From an uncultured Verrucomicrobiae bacterium (GTDB taxonomy: Bacteria; Verrucomicrobiota; Verrucomicrobiia; Chthoniobacterales; UBA10450): 64,000 nucleotides of DNA. Each line of letters opens with the position of its first letter. Position 1 is the first letter of the stretch. Both the position numbers and the translations under genes were made by a program. Location of the stretch: the NCBI GenBank assembly GCA_963815455.1, contig CAWFGO010000001.1, positions 1,184,001-1,248,000 of the forward strand, read 5' to 3'. Positions 19,155 through 29,769 of this stretch are shown piece after piece. The notes beneath the pieces are model-generated. The model saw nothing but the letters and a program-made list of their open reading frames with translations. It was not told the DNA's origin and ran no database searches.

Positions 19155-19397
19155 ATGAGGACAACAATTTCGATCGAGGATTCGCTTTTGCAGAAGGCGA
19201 AAAAGATTTCTCATGAACGTCGCTGCTCGCTGCGCGCGGTAATCGAAGACGCACTGCGGGCCGCGTTTGCCAAGGGACGAAAGAGAAGCCGATCCAATGC
19301 GCAGCGGCCGTTGAAGACTTTCAAAGGCTCAGGGACGCAACCCGGGATCGATCTCAGCTCATCATCAGCGCTTCTGGATGCGATGGAGTCGCGATGA
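19155..19397 (+). CDS. vapB: VapB-type antitoxin (RHH)
   Basis: MRTTISIEDSLL..AK....SL..VIEDALR; 4-nt ATGA overlap with the PIN gene. Confidence 0.88.
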   Translation: MRTTISIEDSLLQKAKKISHERRCSLRAVIEDALRAAFAKGRKRSRSNAQRPLKTFKGSGTQPGIDLSSSSALLDAMESR

Positions 19398-19822
19398 TTC
19401 TGCTGGACGTGAATATTCTGGTCGGCGCGCATCGCGAAGATGCGGATCAACACCGGGAAATTCGACCCTGGCTGGAATCGGCTCTTGGCGAACCGGCTGG
19501 CGTGGCAGTTTCGGAACTGGCTTTGAGCGGCTGCCTGCGCATGGTCACGCACCCGAAGATTTTCAAGAAACCGACGCCGCTAGCGCTGGCGCTCGAATTT
19601 CTCGATGATTTTCGTTCACGTGACGAGGTGCACCTTCTCGCGCCCGGACCGGGTCACTGGAAAATTTTCATCGATCTTTGCCGTCGCGGGGATGCGCGCG
19701 GGAACCTTGTCCCCGACGCTTTCCACGCCGCGCTGGCGATAGAACTCGGCTGCGACTGGCTAACTCTCGACCGCGGTTTTGCGCGATTTCCCGGCCTGAA
19801 ATGGCGTCACCCCCTGGATTGA
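19394..19822 (+). CDS. vapC: VapC PIN-domain toxin
   Basis: ILLDVNILV, GNLVPDA.HAALAIE, TLDRGFARF. Confidence 0.93.
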   Translation: MILLDVNILVGAHREDADQHREIRPWLESALGEPAGVAVSELALSGCLRMVTHPKIFKKPTPLALALEFLDDFRSRDEVHLLAPGPGHWKIFIDLCRRGDARGNLVPDAFHAALAIELGCDWLTLDRGFARFPGLKWRHPLD

Positions 19823-19995
19823 GTCCGAGATCCCCTCGCCACGGCGAGTCTGTCCAATGGCGGACGCGGCGAGTCTTCGACCGGGCTGGCGGTTGTGACG
19901 AATGAGGGTTGTTATTCGTGCGCCGCGCGTGACCCAGAGATTCGACCCCGAACGCTTTCGGGGCCGCTACAGCGAAGAATGACAGCGAATCGCTG

Positions 19996-20931
19996 TCATT
20001 TCATGCGGTCAAACGTCTTCTGGAGAAGTTGTAAATCGGAAGCGTTGCCGGTTTTCTCGCGAGTGGTCTCGATCCATTTTTTCTCCAGTGCGTTCTTGGT
20101 CGGGCGATCACTCTGGTAAAAGACGCCGAAAACGCCGGGGAATGGGAGCTGGGCCAGTTTATACGCGGCGAGCTCGTCGGTGACGTCGTGCCTTAGCTCG
20201 TCCTCGGGAGTGTTGTCCCATTTCTTTTCCTCAACCAGCGAGAAGGCGCCGTTTTTCCTGGGATTGGCCGGGTCGAATGCGCCGGGAAAGAATTCGACGC
20301 ACTCACTCAAACATTCGATCACGCTGAACCCGGGATGATCCATGGCCCGCTCGATCATCTGGATCATGTGATTGACCTGCGCGGCGTGGGTCCGGGCGAT
20401 AAACGTGGCCCCGGCGGCGACGAGTTGTTTCATCGGGTTGACTGGGTGATCGATCGCGCCCTGGGGATCGGTCTTGCTTTTGAACCCGATGGGCGACGTC
20501 GGAGAGGTCTGTTTCTTGGTCAGGCCATAGACGAAGTTATCCATGATGACGTAGGTCATGTTGATGTTCTTGCGCGCGCCGTGATTGAGATGGTTCCCGC
20601 CAATCGAGAACCCGTCGCCGTCACCGCCGAACAGGAACACGTGCAGATCGGGTCGGGCCAGGCTGATCCCGCTGGCCAGAGGGACGGCGCGTCCGTGAAT
20701 GAAGTGGGCCCCGTGACCGTTAACGAAATAGGGAAACCGGGACGAACAACCGATCCCGGCCAGGGTGACGATCTTTTCATGATCGAGCTGACGTTTCTCG
20801 AGAACTTTGTAGAACGAAGCGAGCACGGCGAAATCGCCACACCCCGGGCACCAGGTCGGGTGGTCGGCGGTGATCGCCTTTTTGGTTAACTTCTCGCGCG
20901 GCGCTTCGGTTGTTGTTAGGGTATCACTCAT
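19996..20931 (-). CDS. korB: 2-oxoacid:ferredoxin oxidoreductase beta subunit
   Basis: WCPGCGD, GIGCSSR, GDGDG TPP motif, YGLTK.Q.SPT. Confidence 0.93.
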   Translation of the reverse strand: MSDTLTTTEAPREKLTKKAITADHPTWCPGCGDFAVLASFYKVLEKRQLDHEKIVTLAGIGCSSRFPYFVNGHGAHFIHGRAVPLASGISLARPDLHVFLFGGDGDGFSIGGNHLNHGARKNINMTYVIMDNFVYGLTKKQTSPTSPIGFKSKTDPQGAIDHPVNPMKQLVAAGATFIARTHAAQVNHMIQMIERAMDHPGFSVIECLSECVEFFPGAFDPANPRKNGAFSLVEEKKWDNTPEDELRHDVTDELAAYKLAQLPFPGVFGVFYQSDRPTKNALEKKWIETTREKTGNASDLQLLQKTFDRMK

Positions 20932-20944
20932 AAAAATCTCTCAA

Positions 20945-21123
20945 TCTGGAAGCCAGGAATCCAGGAAAGGGACGGCTCTGAATAAATAGTTAGAGATCCC
21001 TCGACTTTACTCGGGATGACAAAGATTGGTTGAGCGTCGCCCACAGGGCGACGGCTACATCCTGGCTTCCTGGTTTTCAGATTTTCTTTCACATCAAGCC
21101 TCAAACATCTTACATCAAACATC
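20945..21123. repeat. Nested repeat cluster between korA and korB
   Basis: IR TCTGGAAGCCAGGAATCCAGGA 20945-20966 / 21060-21081 enclosing a half CGTC element and a GTAG REP, then (A)ACATC heptamer-like repeats. Confidence 0.75.
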
Positions 21124-23037
21124 CTATCCCACTCCTTGCGGCACGACTTCCTTTAATGATTTCACGTTTTCGGGCGCGGTGCCGGAGTGAACAGTGGGCT
21201 TGCCCTCGCGCGGGATGTGCCGGGCGGCGAATGATTTTCCCTTGAATACGCCTTCCAAAATTTCTTTTACCCGGAACGTTAACCCGTCGGTCTTGGTGAA
21301 GCTCTCGATCTTCGGTTCGCAGTAACGGGCCCGTAAGATCGTGGCCAGCTGACCGAACCCGTAGAGGCCCTGGTCGTTCATTTCCACGGTTACGATCCGT
21401 TTGTAGTTCTTGAAGATTTTTTCGAGCCCGTTCGGCAACGGATGAATGTGGCGGAGATGCAGCGCGCCGCATTTTTCTCCATGTTCCCGGGCCATTTTCA
21501 CGGCGTCATGGATCGGGCCGTAGGTCGATCCCCAACCCACCAACAACGTGTCGCCCTTCTCGTCGCCGTAAACTTCCGGCACCGGGATTTCCTCGGCCAG
21601 TTTCCGCAGTTTGTTGCGACGTTTGGCGGTCATGGCCATGTGCAACTTCGGGCTGCCGGTGGGGTGTCCCATCTCATCGTGCTCGAGCCCGCCAATGAGC
21701 GGATATTTGCCGTCGAGAATCCGAGTCCCGGGCGGGACGTGCTGCGTGATTTGATCGACTGGATACGGCTTGTGCGTTTGGCGCGGGGTGAGATCGGGTT
21801 TCGGATCGACCATCAATTTCGCCAGCTCGGGTTCGTCGAACGCTTCGATCCGCGTGGCCAGCGAGGTATCGCTCAAAATGAACACCGGTGTGCTGTACTT
21901 TCGCGCGATCCGAGCGGCTTCAATCGCGATATAGAAACAGTCCTCCACCGATTTCGCGGCCAGCACGACCCGTGGACTATCACCATGACTGCCGTAGATC
22001 GCCTGGTGCAGATCGCTCTGCTCGACATTGGTTGGCAATCCGGTGCTCGGGCCGCCCCGCTGAATATTGCAGATAATGAGCGGCATCTCCGCCATCGACG
22101 CCCAACCGATCGCTTCGGCCTTGAGCGAAATGCCCGGCCCGGCGCTGCCGGTCACGGCCAGATATCCGGAGTAAGACATTCCCAAGGCAATCGAGACCGC
22201 GCCGAGTTCATCCTCGGCCTGGACAAAGATTCCGCCGTACTTGGGCAGCTCGGTCCGGAGAATTTCCATGATCGACGACCAGGGCGTGATCGGATAACCG
22301 GCGCCGTAGCGCACACCGGCGGCGATCAATCCGTAAGCGATGGCCTGATTGCCATCCATCGTGATCTGGGCGCGCGCGCCCGGTTTTTTCTCGAGCTTTT
22401 CAAATTGATAATGATGGGTCAGCACTTTGCCGACCGGATAGGCGTAACCGGCCTGGAACGCCATCAATGCCGTGTTGACGATGCTTTGGTCTTTGCCGGC
22501 GAATCTTTCGGTGATCAGTTTTTTCAACTTCTCGACGTCGAGATTGAAAATTTTCGAGATCAGACCGAGCACGAAAATGTTTTTGCCCTTGTCCTTGGCC
22601 GTGCCGCCGAGCGCTTCGACGGTGAGCCCTGTGATCGGGACCCCGACGTAAACGAAACGCTTGTCGTCGAGGTTCGGCTCGACGTTATCGGAATCGTAAA
22701 GGAGGACGCCGCCTTCTTTCAGAAAGCCGATGTGGTCCTGATAACTGTGCTGATAAAACGCGACGAGAAAATCGGCTTCATCACCGGCCGAAAGCACTTC
22801 GCCCGTGCCCATCCGCACCTGGAAGATCGACGGCCCGCCAGAAATCGTGGCCGGAATGGTCATGTAGGTCATGACGTCCTGGTCGCTGCGGCCGGCCAGG
22901 CGGGCCAAAAAAGCGCCGGCGGATTGGATCCCGTCCTGGGAATTGCCGGCTAGTCGGATCACGGCGTCATTGATGTTTTCGGGACGCAAGTCGGCCCGGT
23001 CCGGGGTCGGAGTGGCAATTGGAGGAGTTTCGTTCAC
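21124..23037 (-). CDS. korA: 2-oxoacid:ferredoxin oxidoreductase alpha subunit
   Basis: AGNSQDGIQ, GYPITP, QAEDE, QRGGPSTGLPT; GTG start at 23037 (the ORF-track extension is repeat-derived). Confidence 0.93.
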   Translation of the reverse strand: MNETPPIATPTPDRADLRPENINDAVIRLAGNSQDGIQSAGAFLARLAGRSDQDVMTYMTIPATISGGPSIFQVRMGTGEVLSAGDEADFLVAFYQHSYQDHIGFLKEGGVLLYDSDNVEPNLDDKRFVYVGVPITGLTVEALGGTAKDKGKNIFVLGLISKIFNLDVEKLKKLITERFAGKDQSIVNTALMAFQAGYAYPVGKVLTHHYQFEKLEKKPGARAQITMDGNQAIAYGLIAAGVRYGAGYPITPWSSIMEILRTELPKYGGIFVQAEDELGAVSIALGMSYSGYLAVTGSAGPGISLKAEAIGWASMAEMPLIICNIQRGGPSTGLPTNVEQSDLHQAIYGSHGDSPRVVLAAKSVEDCFYIAIEAARIARKYSTPVFILSDTSLATRIEAFDEPELAKLMVDPKPDLTPRQTHKPYPVDQITQHVPPGTRILDGKYPLIGGLEHDEMGHPTGSPKLHMAMTAKRRNKLRKLAEEIPVPEVYGDEKGDTLLVGWGSTYGPIHDAVKMAREHGEKCGALHLRHIHPLPNGLEKIFKNYKRIVTVEMNDQGLYGFGQLATILRARYCEPKIESFTKTDGLTFRVKEILEGVFKGKSFAARHIPREGKPTVHSGTAPENVKSLKEVVPQGVG

Positions 23038-23085
23038 GCGGGATAGAACTGTAACAAAATTAGAGCATGATTCCACTGGCAATTG

Positions 23086-23205
23086 AGGTGGATCGGCCGC
23101 TCTGCGGGCGATGCCGGAATAATGCGGCCTTGCCGCCACATCTACCATCGCGCTCGGAGATCGTGATCCAGCTGATGAAGGTGCAGCCGCGGGCGCTGGC
23201 GGCGA
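23086..23205. repeat. Composite palindromic repeat of about 120 bp, copy 1
   Basis: AGGTGGATCG...GATCCAGCT followed by a degenerate GTAG REP; near-identical to 26117-26238. Confidence 0.85.
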
Positions 23206-23312
23206 TTTGGCTCTGCGGCCGACACGGCCGCCTCTACGCCGCTGCGCGGAAGAGAGGTCGGAGGAGATTCGTCGGCTCGACAGAGTCTCGCCCTACGGGC
23301 AATGTTTCCACG

Positions 23313-24359
23313 ATGAAGAAATTGCTCTGGGCTTTGGTGCTGCTGCCCGTCATCGCCGCGGCGGAAGATGTTTACAAACCGCTGATGCAAATTCCGATCG
23401 GGGGCCAGGGCGGCTGGGATATTCTGACTGTCGATCCGGTGGCGCACCGGCTTTACCTCTCGCACTCGACCAAGGTTGTGGTGGTCGATCTGGAGAAGAA
23501 TGCCGTTGTTGGCGAGATCGGTGATACGCCCGGCGTTCACGGATTCGTCGCGGTGCCCGACTTGGGACGCGGATTTTCTTCGAACGGCAAGGAATCGAAA
23601 TCGAGCGTTGTCGATCTAAAAACGCTCCGGACGATGTCGAAGGTGGATACCGGCGAGAATCCTGATGCCCTCATTTACGAACCAAAGCGAGGCGAGATTT
23701 ACGTTTTCAATCACACCGGGAATTCGGCGACGGTGATCGACGCGAAGGCGGAGAAACCAATCGCCACCATCCCGCTTGGCGGGAGCCCGGAGTTCGCCGT
23801 GGCTGATTCCGGAGCGGGGCGCGTCTATTGCAATATCGAGGACAAGAGCGAGGTCGCAGTCATCGACACGACAAAGCACGAAGTCGTGGCGCGCTGGCCA
23901 ATTGCGCCCGGGGAAGAGGCGAGCGGTATCGCGCTGGACGCGGCAAATCATCGGCTCTTCGTGACTTGTCATAATCAAATGATGACGATGCTGGATGCCG
24001 GCACGGGCAAAGTGATTGCCACGGTGCCGATCGGTACAGGAGTCGATGGGTGCGCTTTTGATGAGGCAAGGAAACTGGTCTTCGCTTCCTGCGGCGAAGG
24101 GACAACGACGATCGCGAAAGAGGAAACGCCGGACAAACTTTCGATCGTACAAATCCTGAAAACGGAGCGCGGCGCGCGGACCATTGCCATCGATCCGAGC
24201 ACGCATCGGATTTATTTGCCGACAGCGCAATTCGAGCCGGCGCCGCCTGCCGCGGCGAACCAGGGCGAAGGCGGGTCACCCGCGCCCGCGCCACGAGTCC
24301 GACCGAAAATCATCCCGAATACCGTGAAGCTTCTGGTTTTCGCTCCGACAAGTCCCTAG
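23313..24359 (+). CDS. YncE family beta-propeller, secreted
   Basis: Signal peptide MKKLL; GGWD.LTVD..AHRLY, GVHG, GARTIA.D. Confidence 0.9.
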   Translation: MKKLLWALVLLPVIAAAEDVYKPLMQIPIGGQGGWDILTVDPVAHRLYLSHSTKVVVVDLEKNAVVGEIGDTPGVHGFVAVPDLGRGFSSNGKESKSSVVDLKTLRTMSKVDTGENPDALIYEPKRGEIYVFNHTGNSATVIDAKAEKPIATIPLGGSPEFAVADSGAGRVYCNIEDKSEVAVIDTTKHEVVARWPIAPGEEASGIALDAANHRLFVTCHNQMMTMLDAGTGKVIATVPIGTGVDGCAFDEARKLVFASCGEGTTTIAKEETPDKLSIVQILKTERGARTIAIDPSTHRIYLPTAQFEPAPPAAANQGEGGSPAPAPRVRPKIIPNTVKLLVFAPTSP

Positions 24360-24374
24360 CAGCAAATTTGTGTC

Positions 24375-25125
24375 TTGCGCCGATTAATACTATTTCTGTT
24401 TGCGATCTCGGCGTTTGTTGGGCAGCACGCGCGCGCACAAGGCGGCCCGCCGATGATTACGGACGATCCCGGCACGCCGGGCAACGGTCGTTGGGAAATC
24501 AATCTGGCCGTCGCTTTCGAGCATCGACAAAGCGAAACATCGTGGGATTTGCCGATGATCGATCTGAACTACGGCGTCGGCGAGCGGATTCAACTGACGC
24601 TGCAATCCGCGCCGGTCCTTTTAAAGCGGAGCGGCCAGGGATCAATCGGTGGAATCGGCGGCACTGAAGCGGCGTTGAAATGGCGATTTTTGGACGAAGA
24701 ACGCGACGGCGTTTCGATGTCGATCTTCCCGCGAATCATTTTCAACGTCGTCCAGTCATCGGCGCGCCGCGGTTTGTCGGAAGCGGGAACACGAGTCCGA
24801 TGCCCCATGCAGATCGCGAAGAAATTCGGCGTGGTTGATCTCGATCTCGAGGCCGGATCGCTCACCAGCACCGTCGGACGCAGCGAATGGCTCTATGGAA
24901 TCGTCGGCGCCATCGAAGTCAGCAAGACCACTGCGTTCATGGCGGAGCTGCAGGGCACGGCGCGGACGAGTTTCGCGCGAGACACGTTAACGGTAAACGT
25001 CGGTGTTCGACACAAGCTCAAGCGACTGGTCGATCCTGATTGCGTCGTTAGGCCACGAGGTCCGATCGCCGGACGACGAACCATTGGCGTTAGTTGGCTA
25101 TTGCGGCGTGCAGCTGCTGTTCTGA
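24375..25125 (+). CDS. Outer-membrane beta-barrel (transporter-like); frameshift near 25020
   Basis: GGPPMITDDPGTP..WEIN; shifted frame ends LVGYCGVQLLF* with terminal Phe. Confidence 0.75.
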
Positions 25126-25247
25126 AACGTGTAGTGGCGGGCGTGTCGCCCGCAAATAATTATGTTGTTGCGTCCGACACGGCCACCTCTACACCGCTTC
25201 GCGGGAATTTGTAGCCGCGGGCGCTGACTGCGGTTTCAGTTAATCGA

Positions 25248-26033
25248 TTAATGCGCTTTTGAAGCCGGCTTCTGCGGGAACATTAGGATCAACGCGACGA
25301 TCCCCACAAGGAGCGCCAGAGATGCGGTATAGCGGCTCAGGGCCAATCCTCCATTCGCCAGAGGCTTATCCAGAAAATCACCGACGACGGCTCCAAGTGG
25401 GCGGGTCAGGATGAATGCCGCCCAAAACAGAATCGCGTGCGAGATGTTCGTGAAATAGTAGAGAAGCGCGGTCAGAAGGAGCAACCCGCCGAACACGGCG
25501 GTAGCCCCGAGATAGCCCGTGTCATTGGTATCCGCGACCCAGTCGCCGAGCGCAGTCCCCAGCGTCTGCGAGAACAGGATCGTGACCCAATAAAAGATCT
25601 CGACCTTCGGCGTGCTCACCGTTTCGACCGATATGCTCCCCGTTGACCAACGCCACGATAAAAGGGACACCATTACCAGGATCAACAAGATGGTCGAACC
25701 GCCCGTGTAACCGATACCGAGCGATCGGGTGCAATAGTCGGCCAGCGTGGTGCCGACCGTTGTCGTTGCCACGATCGTCAGCCAATACAGAAACGGGTGA
25801 AATTTCTTCGCCTTGATCTGGACCAGGACCGCGGCGACAAAAATAACGCCGAATATTGCCGTGCCGATGAGATAGCCGCCGCCTTTGTTCGCGGCGGTAG
25901 TCTCGCCAAGCCACGACATGGTGACAGCGTCGCCGCCCGTTTCACCCAGCGTGGTGGCGAGGATCTTAATGATCCAGAATACCAGGGTTACGTGGGGTAC
26001 TTTGGCAACTAGCTCCGAGGTCTTTTTGTCCAT
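25248..26033 (-). CDS. COG4705/DUF347 membrane-anchored protein
   Basis: KVP.VT..FW.IKI.ATTLGETGGD, SQTLGTALGD, AFILTRPLGA. Confidence 0.93.
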   Translation of the reverse strand: MDKKTSELVAKVPHVTLVFWIIKILATTLGETGGDAVTMSWLGETTAANKGGGYLIGTAIFGVIFVAAVLVQIKAKKFHPFLYWLTIVATTTVGTTLADYCTRSLGIGYTGGSTILLILVMVSLLSWRWSTGSISVETVSTPKVEIFYWVTILFSQTLGTALGDWVADTNDTGYLGATAVFGGLLLLTALLYYFTNISHAILFWAAFILTRPLGAVVGDFLDKPLANGGLALSRYTASLALLVGIVALILMFPQKPASKAH

Positions 26034-26116
26034 CTATCCTCTCAAGTTAGTGGCATGAGTCGAATCGCAGTGGATCGCGTTGCTGGTTGCATCGTCCGCG
26101 CTTCCATACGGAGCCA

Positions 26117-26238
26117 AGGTGGATCGGCCGCTCCGCGGGCGATGCCGGAATAATGGGGCCTTGCCGCCACATCTACCATCGCGCCCGGAGATCGCGATCC
26201 ACCTGATGATGTTGTAGCCGCGGGCGCTGACCGCGGCA
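26117..26238. repeat. Composite palindromic repeat of about 120 bp, copy 2
   Basis: Direct repeat of 23086-23205. Confidence 0.85.
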
Positions 26239-28411
26239 TTAGTTCGCCGCTGGTTCGAGACCGCGGCGTTTTAGCAACGGCTCAATATACGGATCGCGCC
26301 CAACGAAATTCTTAAACAAGCCCAGGGCATCAGCCGATCCGCCGCGGGACAAGAGCATCGAGCGGAAGCGGTCGCCGTTCTCGCGCTTGAGGCCGCCGTG
26401 TTCCTTGATCCATTCAACCGTGTCGGCATCGAGCACTTCGCTCCAGATGTAGGAGTAGTAACCAGCCGAATATCCGCCGGCGAATGCGTGCGAGAAATAC
26501 GGACTCCGATAACGGGGCGGGACCGGTGCGAAATCGACCCCGGCCTTGTGCAACGCTTCCGCCTCGAACGCCATCGCGTCCTTGGGAATCTCGGCGGGAC
26601 TCAGTTGGTGCCAGGCCTGATCGAGCAACGCCGCGGCCAGATACTCGCTAGTCGCATAACCCTGATTGAACTTTTCCGAGGCCTCGACTTTGTCCACCAA
26701 CGCCTGCGGAATCGGTTCGCCGGTCTTATAATGTTTGGCGTAATTCTTCAGCACCTCCGGCCAGTTCGCCCACATCTCGTTCACTTGCGACGGATACTCG
26801 ACGAAATCCCGCGGCACGCTGGTCCCGGCGAACCGCGGATATTTCACGTTGGAAAACATTCCGTGCAACGCATGACCGAATTCGTGAAAAGCGGTGCGCA
26901 CTTCATCATGCGTCAGCAACGTCGGCTCGCCTTTCGGCGGTTTCGGGATGTTGAGATGATTCGCCACCACCGGTTTCGTCCCGAACAATCCGCTTTGCGG
27001 GACGTAAGCGTTCATCCAGGCTCCCCCGCGCTTGGAAGGACGCGCGTAATAATCGGCAATGAAAAGCGCCAGCGGTTTGCCATCCGCGTCGAAAACTTCG
27101 AATACGCGGACTTCAGGAAGATAAACCGGGAGATCGTGTCGCTCCTTGAAGGTAAGTCCGTAAAGTTTTCCAGCGGCAAAAAAGACGCCGTCGATCAGGA
27201 CGTGGTTCATTTCGTAATACGGCCGCAGTTCCGATTCATCGAACGTCGTACTTCGCCTTGCGGACTTTCTCGGAATAAAAATTCCAATCCCACGAGGCGA
27301 TTTGAAATCCGCCTTTTTCTTCATCGACAATCTTCTGCATGTCGGCCGCTTCGCGGCGGGCATTGCCGACTGCGGGAGGCGCCAGTTCAGCCAGGAGTTT
27401 GTTTACGGTCGGAACGTCTTTCGCAGTCTGATCCTCGAGTTGATAGGCAGCCCAACTTGCATATCCGAGCAATTTCGCCTTTTCGGCCCGAAGCTGGGCG
27501 GTGTGAATCACAATGTTGCGGGTATCGAACTCGCCGCCTTTGCTATTGCGCGACAACGACGTTTGCATGATGCGTTCGCGCAACGGGCGGTTCTGCAACG
27601 ATCCCAGTAGCGGCTGGCCGGTCGTGTTTTGGAGCTGGATGACGAACTTGCCTTCCTTTTTTTCGTCCTTCGCCGCTGCAATTGTCCCCGCCATCTGGCT
27701 ATCCGATAGCCCGGCCAGATCTTCCTTCTTATCAACCACAACCGACGACGCGTTCTTTTCTTTCAACACATCCTGGGAAAACTGGGTTTGCAGCGTGGCC
27801 AGCTCGGCATTCATTTTCTTAAGCTTTTCCTTGTCCGGATCGGACAACTTGGCGCCGGCCCGCACAAAATCCTTGTAGTAACGCTCGAGCAGATAACTCG
27901 ATTCGGGATCGAGCCCGAGTTTGTCGCGATTGTCATAAACTTCCTGGAGCCGGGCAAAAAGTTTGCTGTTGAGAAAAATCGCATCGTTATGCGCGGAAAG
28001 CTTCGGAGCCATTTCGGCCTCGATCTTCTGCATCGCCGGATTGGTGTTGCACGCGTTCAGGTTCGAGAAGGTTCGTTCCGCCCGGTCGAGCAGCTGCCCC
28101 GTTTTTTCCAGAGCGACGACGGTGTTATCGAACGTGGGCTTTTCCGCGCTGGAGGCGATCCCCTCGACTTCTTTGAGCTGCTCGCGCATCCCGGCTTCCA
28201 TCGCCGGGACGAAATGCTTGTCCTTGATCTTGTCGAACGGCGGGAATTGATACGGCAACGCGCTCTCGGTCATGAGCGGATTGCCGGCAGTCGCGGCGGA
28301 TGAGGAATGTTTCACGGATGCTTTAGGCGCAGCATGAGAAGTAATCGCGATTTGCGTTAGCGCCAGTGCCATGGAGGCGGCGAACAATTTGGAACGGACG
28401 AGGTAATGCAT
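26239..28411 (-). CDS. dcp: M3 family peptidyl-dipeptidase Dcp (frameshift near 27240)
   Basis: PPFDKI, K.GGAWM, FHEFGHALH, DFVEYPSQ, GYSAGYYSY.WSEV. Confidence 0.92.
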
Positions 28412-28561
28412 AGGAGATGGAACGTTCGACGTCCAACGCGCAACGTTCAACACTCAATTTCGAACGGAGAAGGAAGCAATTGTAGCCGCGGGCGCCGACC
28501 GCGGTAATTCGTCGGCTCGACAGAGTCTCGCCCCACCTGCAATGTATTCTCGATTACGAGC

Positions 28562-29701
28562 ATGAGCACGAGCAGGAGTGGGAGATTAGCAATTGCAACG
28601 CTGATGATGTTTCCGATGGCGATGATGGCCGCACAAGAGAGAACCGAAGATTTCGACGTGAAGGCGGCGGAACGATTCGCCAGGCTCGCGCTCGAATGCG
28701 TGCACAAGGAATATCCGAACAAGATCGCGCACGTGCTCAACAGCGATGCCGACGTTCAGCCACCGCGCAAACTGACTCCGGCATTTTACGGCTGTTATGA
28801 CTGGCATTCGTCGGTGCACGGGCATTGGCTCCTGGTGCGATTGATCAGAAAATTTCCGGATGCGCCGTTCGCGAAACCCGCCCGGGAAGCACTGAAGAAG
28901 AGTTTGACCGCCGAGAACCTAAAGCAGGACGCGATTTACATTCGCGGAGAAGGCCGGGCCAGTTTCGAGCGCCCGTATGGCCTGGCCTGGCTGTTACAAC
29001 TTTGTGCCGAGCTGCGCGAGTGGGACGATCCACAAGCGCGCGAGATGTTGAAGAATCTTGGTCCGCTCGAAGACGCTGCGCTCGATCGAATCAAAACATG
29101 GTTGCCGAAGCTGTCGCATCCGGTCCGGATCGGCGAGCACAACCAGACCGCGTTCGCGTTGGGTTTGATGCTCGATTATGCGCGAGGGAAAAAGGACGAC
29201 GCTTTTGCCAAACTGCTTACCGATTCCGCCCGGAAATTCTTCCTAACCGACAAGGGTTGCCCGCTCGACTACGAACCGTCGGGTGAAGATTTTCTTTCGC
29301 CCTGCCTGGGCGAGGCGGACGTGATGCGGCGAATACTTTCGCAAAAAGAGTTTGCCAGTTGGCTGAAGGAATTCTTGCCGCAGATTCCGGCGACCCCGAA
29401 AGACAGCGAGATCCTTACCCGCGATTGGCTGCCGGTGGCGGTGTCACCCGACCCGAGCGATCCGAAGCTGGCCCATCTCGATGGACTGAACCTGAGCCGG
29501 GCCTGGATGTTGGAAGGAATTATTTCCGCGCTGCCCGCGGATGATCCGCGGAAATTTCATCTTTCGATGGTAGCGGAAGCCCATCGCCGCGCGGGACTGG
29601 CGGCAGTGACCGGGGAACATTACGAGGGCGGACATTGGCTGGGGAGTTTTGCTGTTTATCTCACGACGCGGCGCGGAATCCAGGGCGAGAAGGCGAAGTG
29701 A
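28562..29701 (+). CDS. DUF2891 domain protein
   Basis: EYPNK, PAFYGCYDWHSSVHGHW, HLDGLNLSRAW, YEGGHWLGSFA. Confidence 0.93.
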   Translation: MSTSRSGRLAIATLMMFPMAMMAAQERTEDFDVKAAERFARLALECVHKEYPNKIAHVLNSDADVQPPRKLTPAFYGCYDWHSSVHGHWLLVRLIRKFPDAPFAKPAREALKKSLTAENLKQDAIYIRGEGRASFERPYGLAWLLQLCAELREWDDPQAREMLKNLGPLEDAALDRIKTWLPKLSHPVRIGEHNQTAFALGLMLDYARGKKDDAFAKLLTDSARKFFLTDKGCPLDYEPSGEDFLSPCLGEADVMRRILSQKEFASWLKEFLPQIPATPKDSEILTRDWLPVAVSPDPSDPKLAHLDGLNLSRAWMLEGIISALPADDPRKFHLSMVAEAHRRAGLAAVTGEHYEGGHWLGSFAVYLTTRRGIQGEKAK

Positions 29702-29769
29702 CGTTGTAGCCACGGCGCTGTGCCGCCGTGCATGGGAAGAACGCCTCGACACAGCGAGGCGGCTACAGA

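Noticed and set aside
21442..22953. Long antisense ORFs (503 aa here; also 26398-27570, 41055-42257, 35951-36979)
   Set aside because: Shadows of high-GC genes on the opposite strand with no recognisable motifs
23038..23312. Long N-terminal extensions of korA (to 23148) and yncE (from 23067)
   Set aside because: They translate repeat DNA; the same peptide MVDVAARPHYSGIAR appears at the 26117 repeat copy
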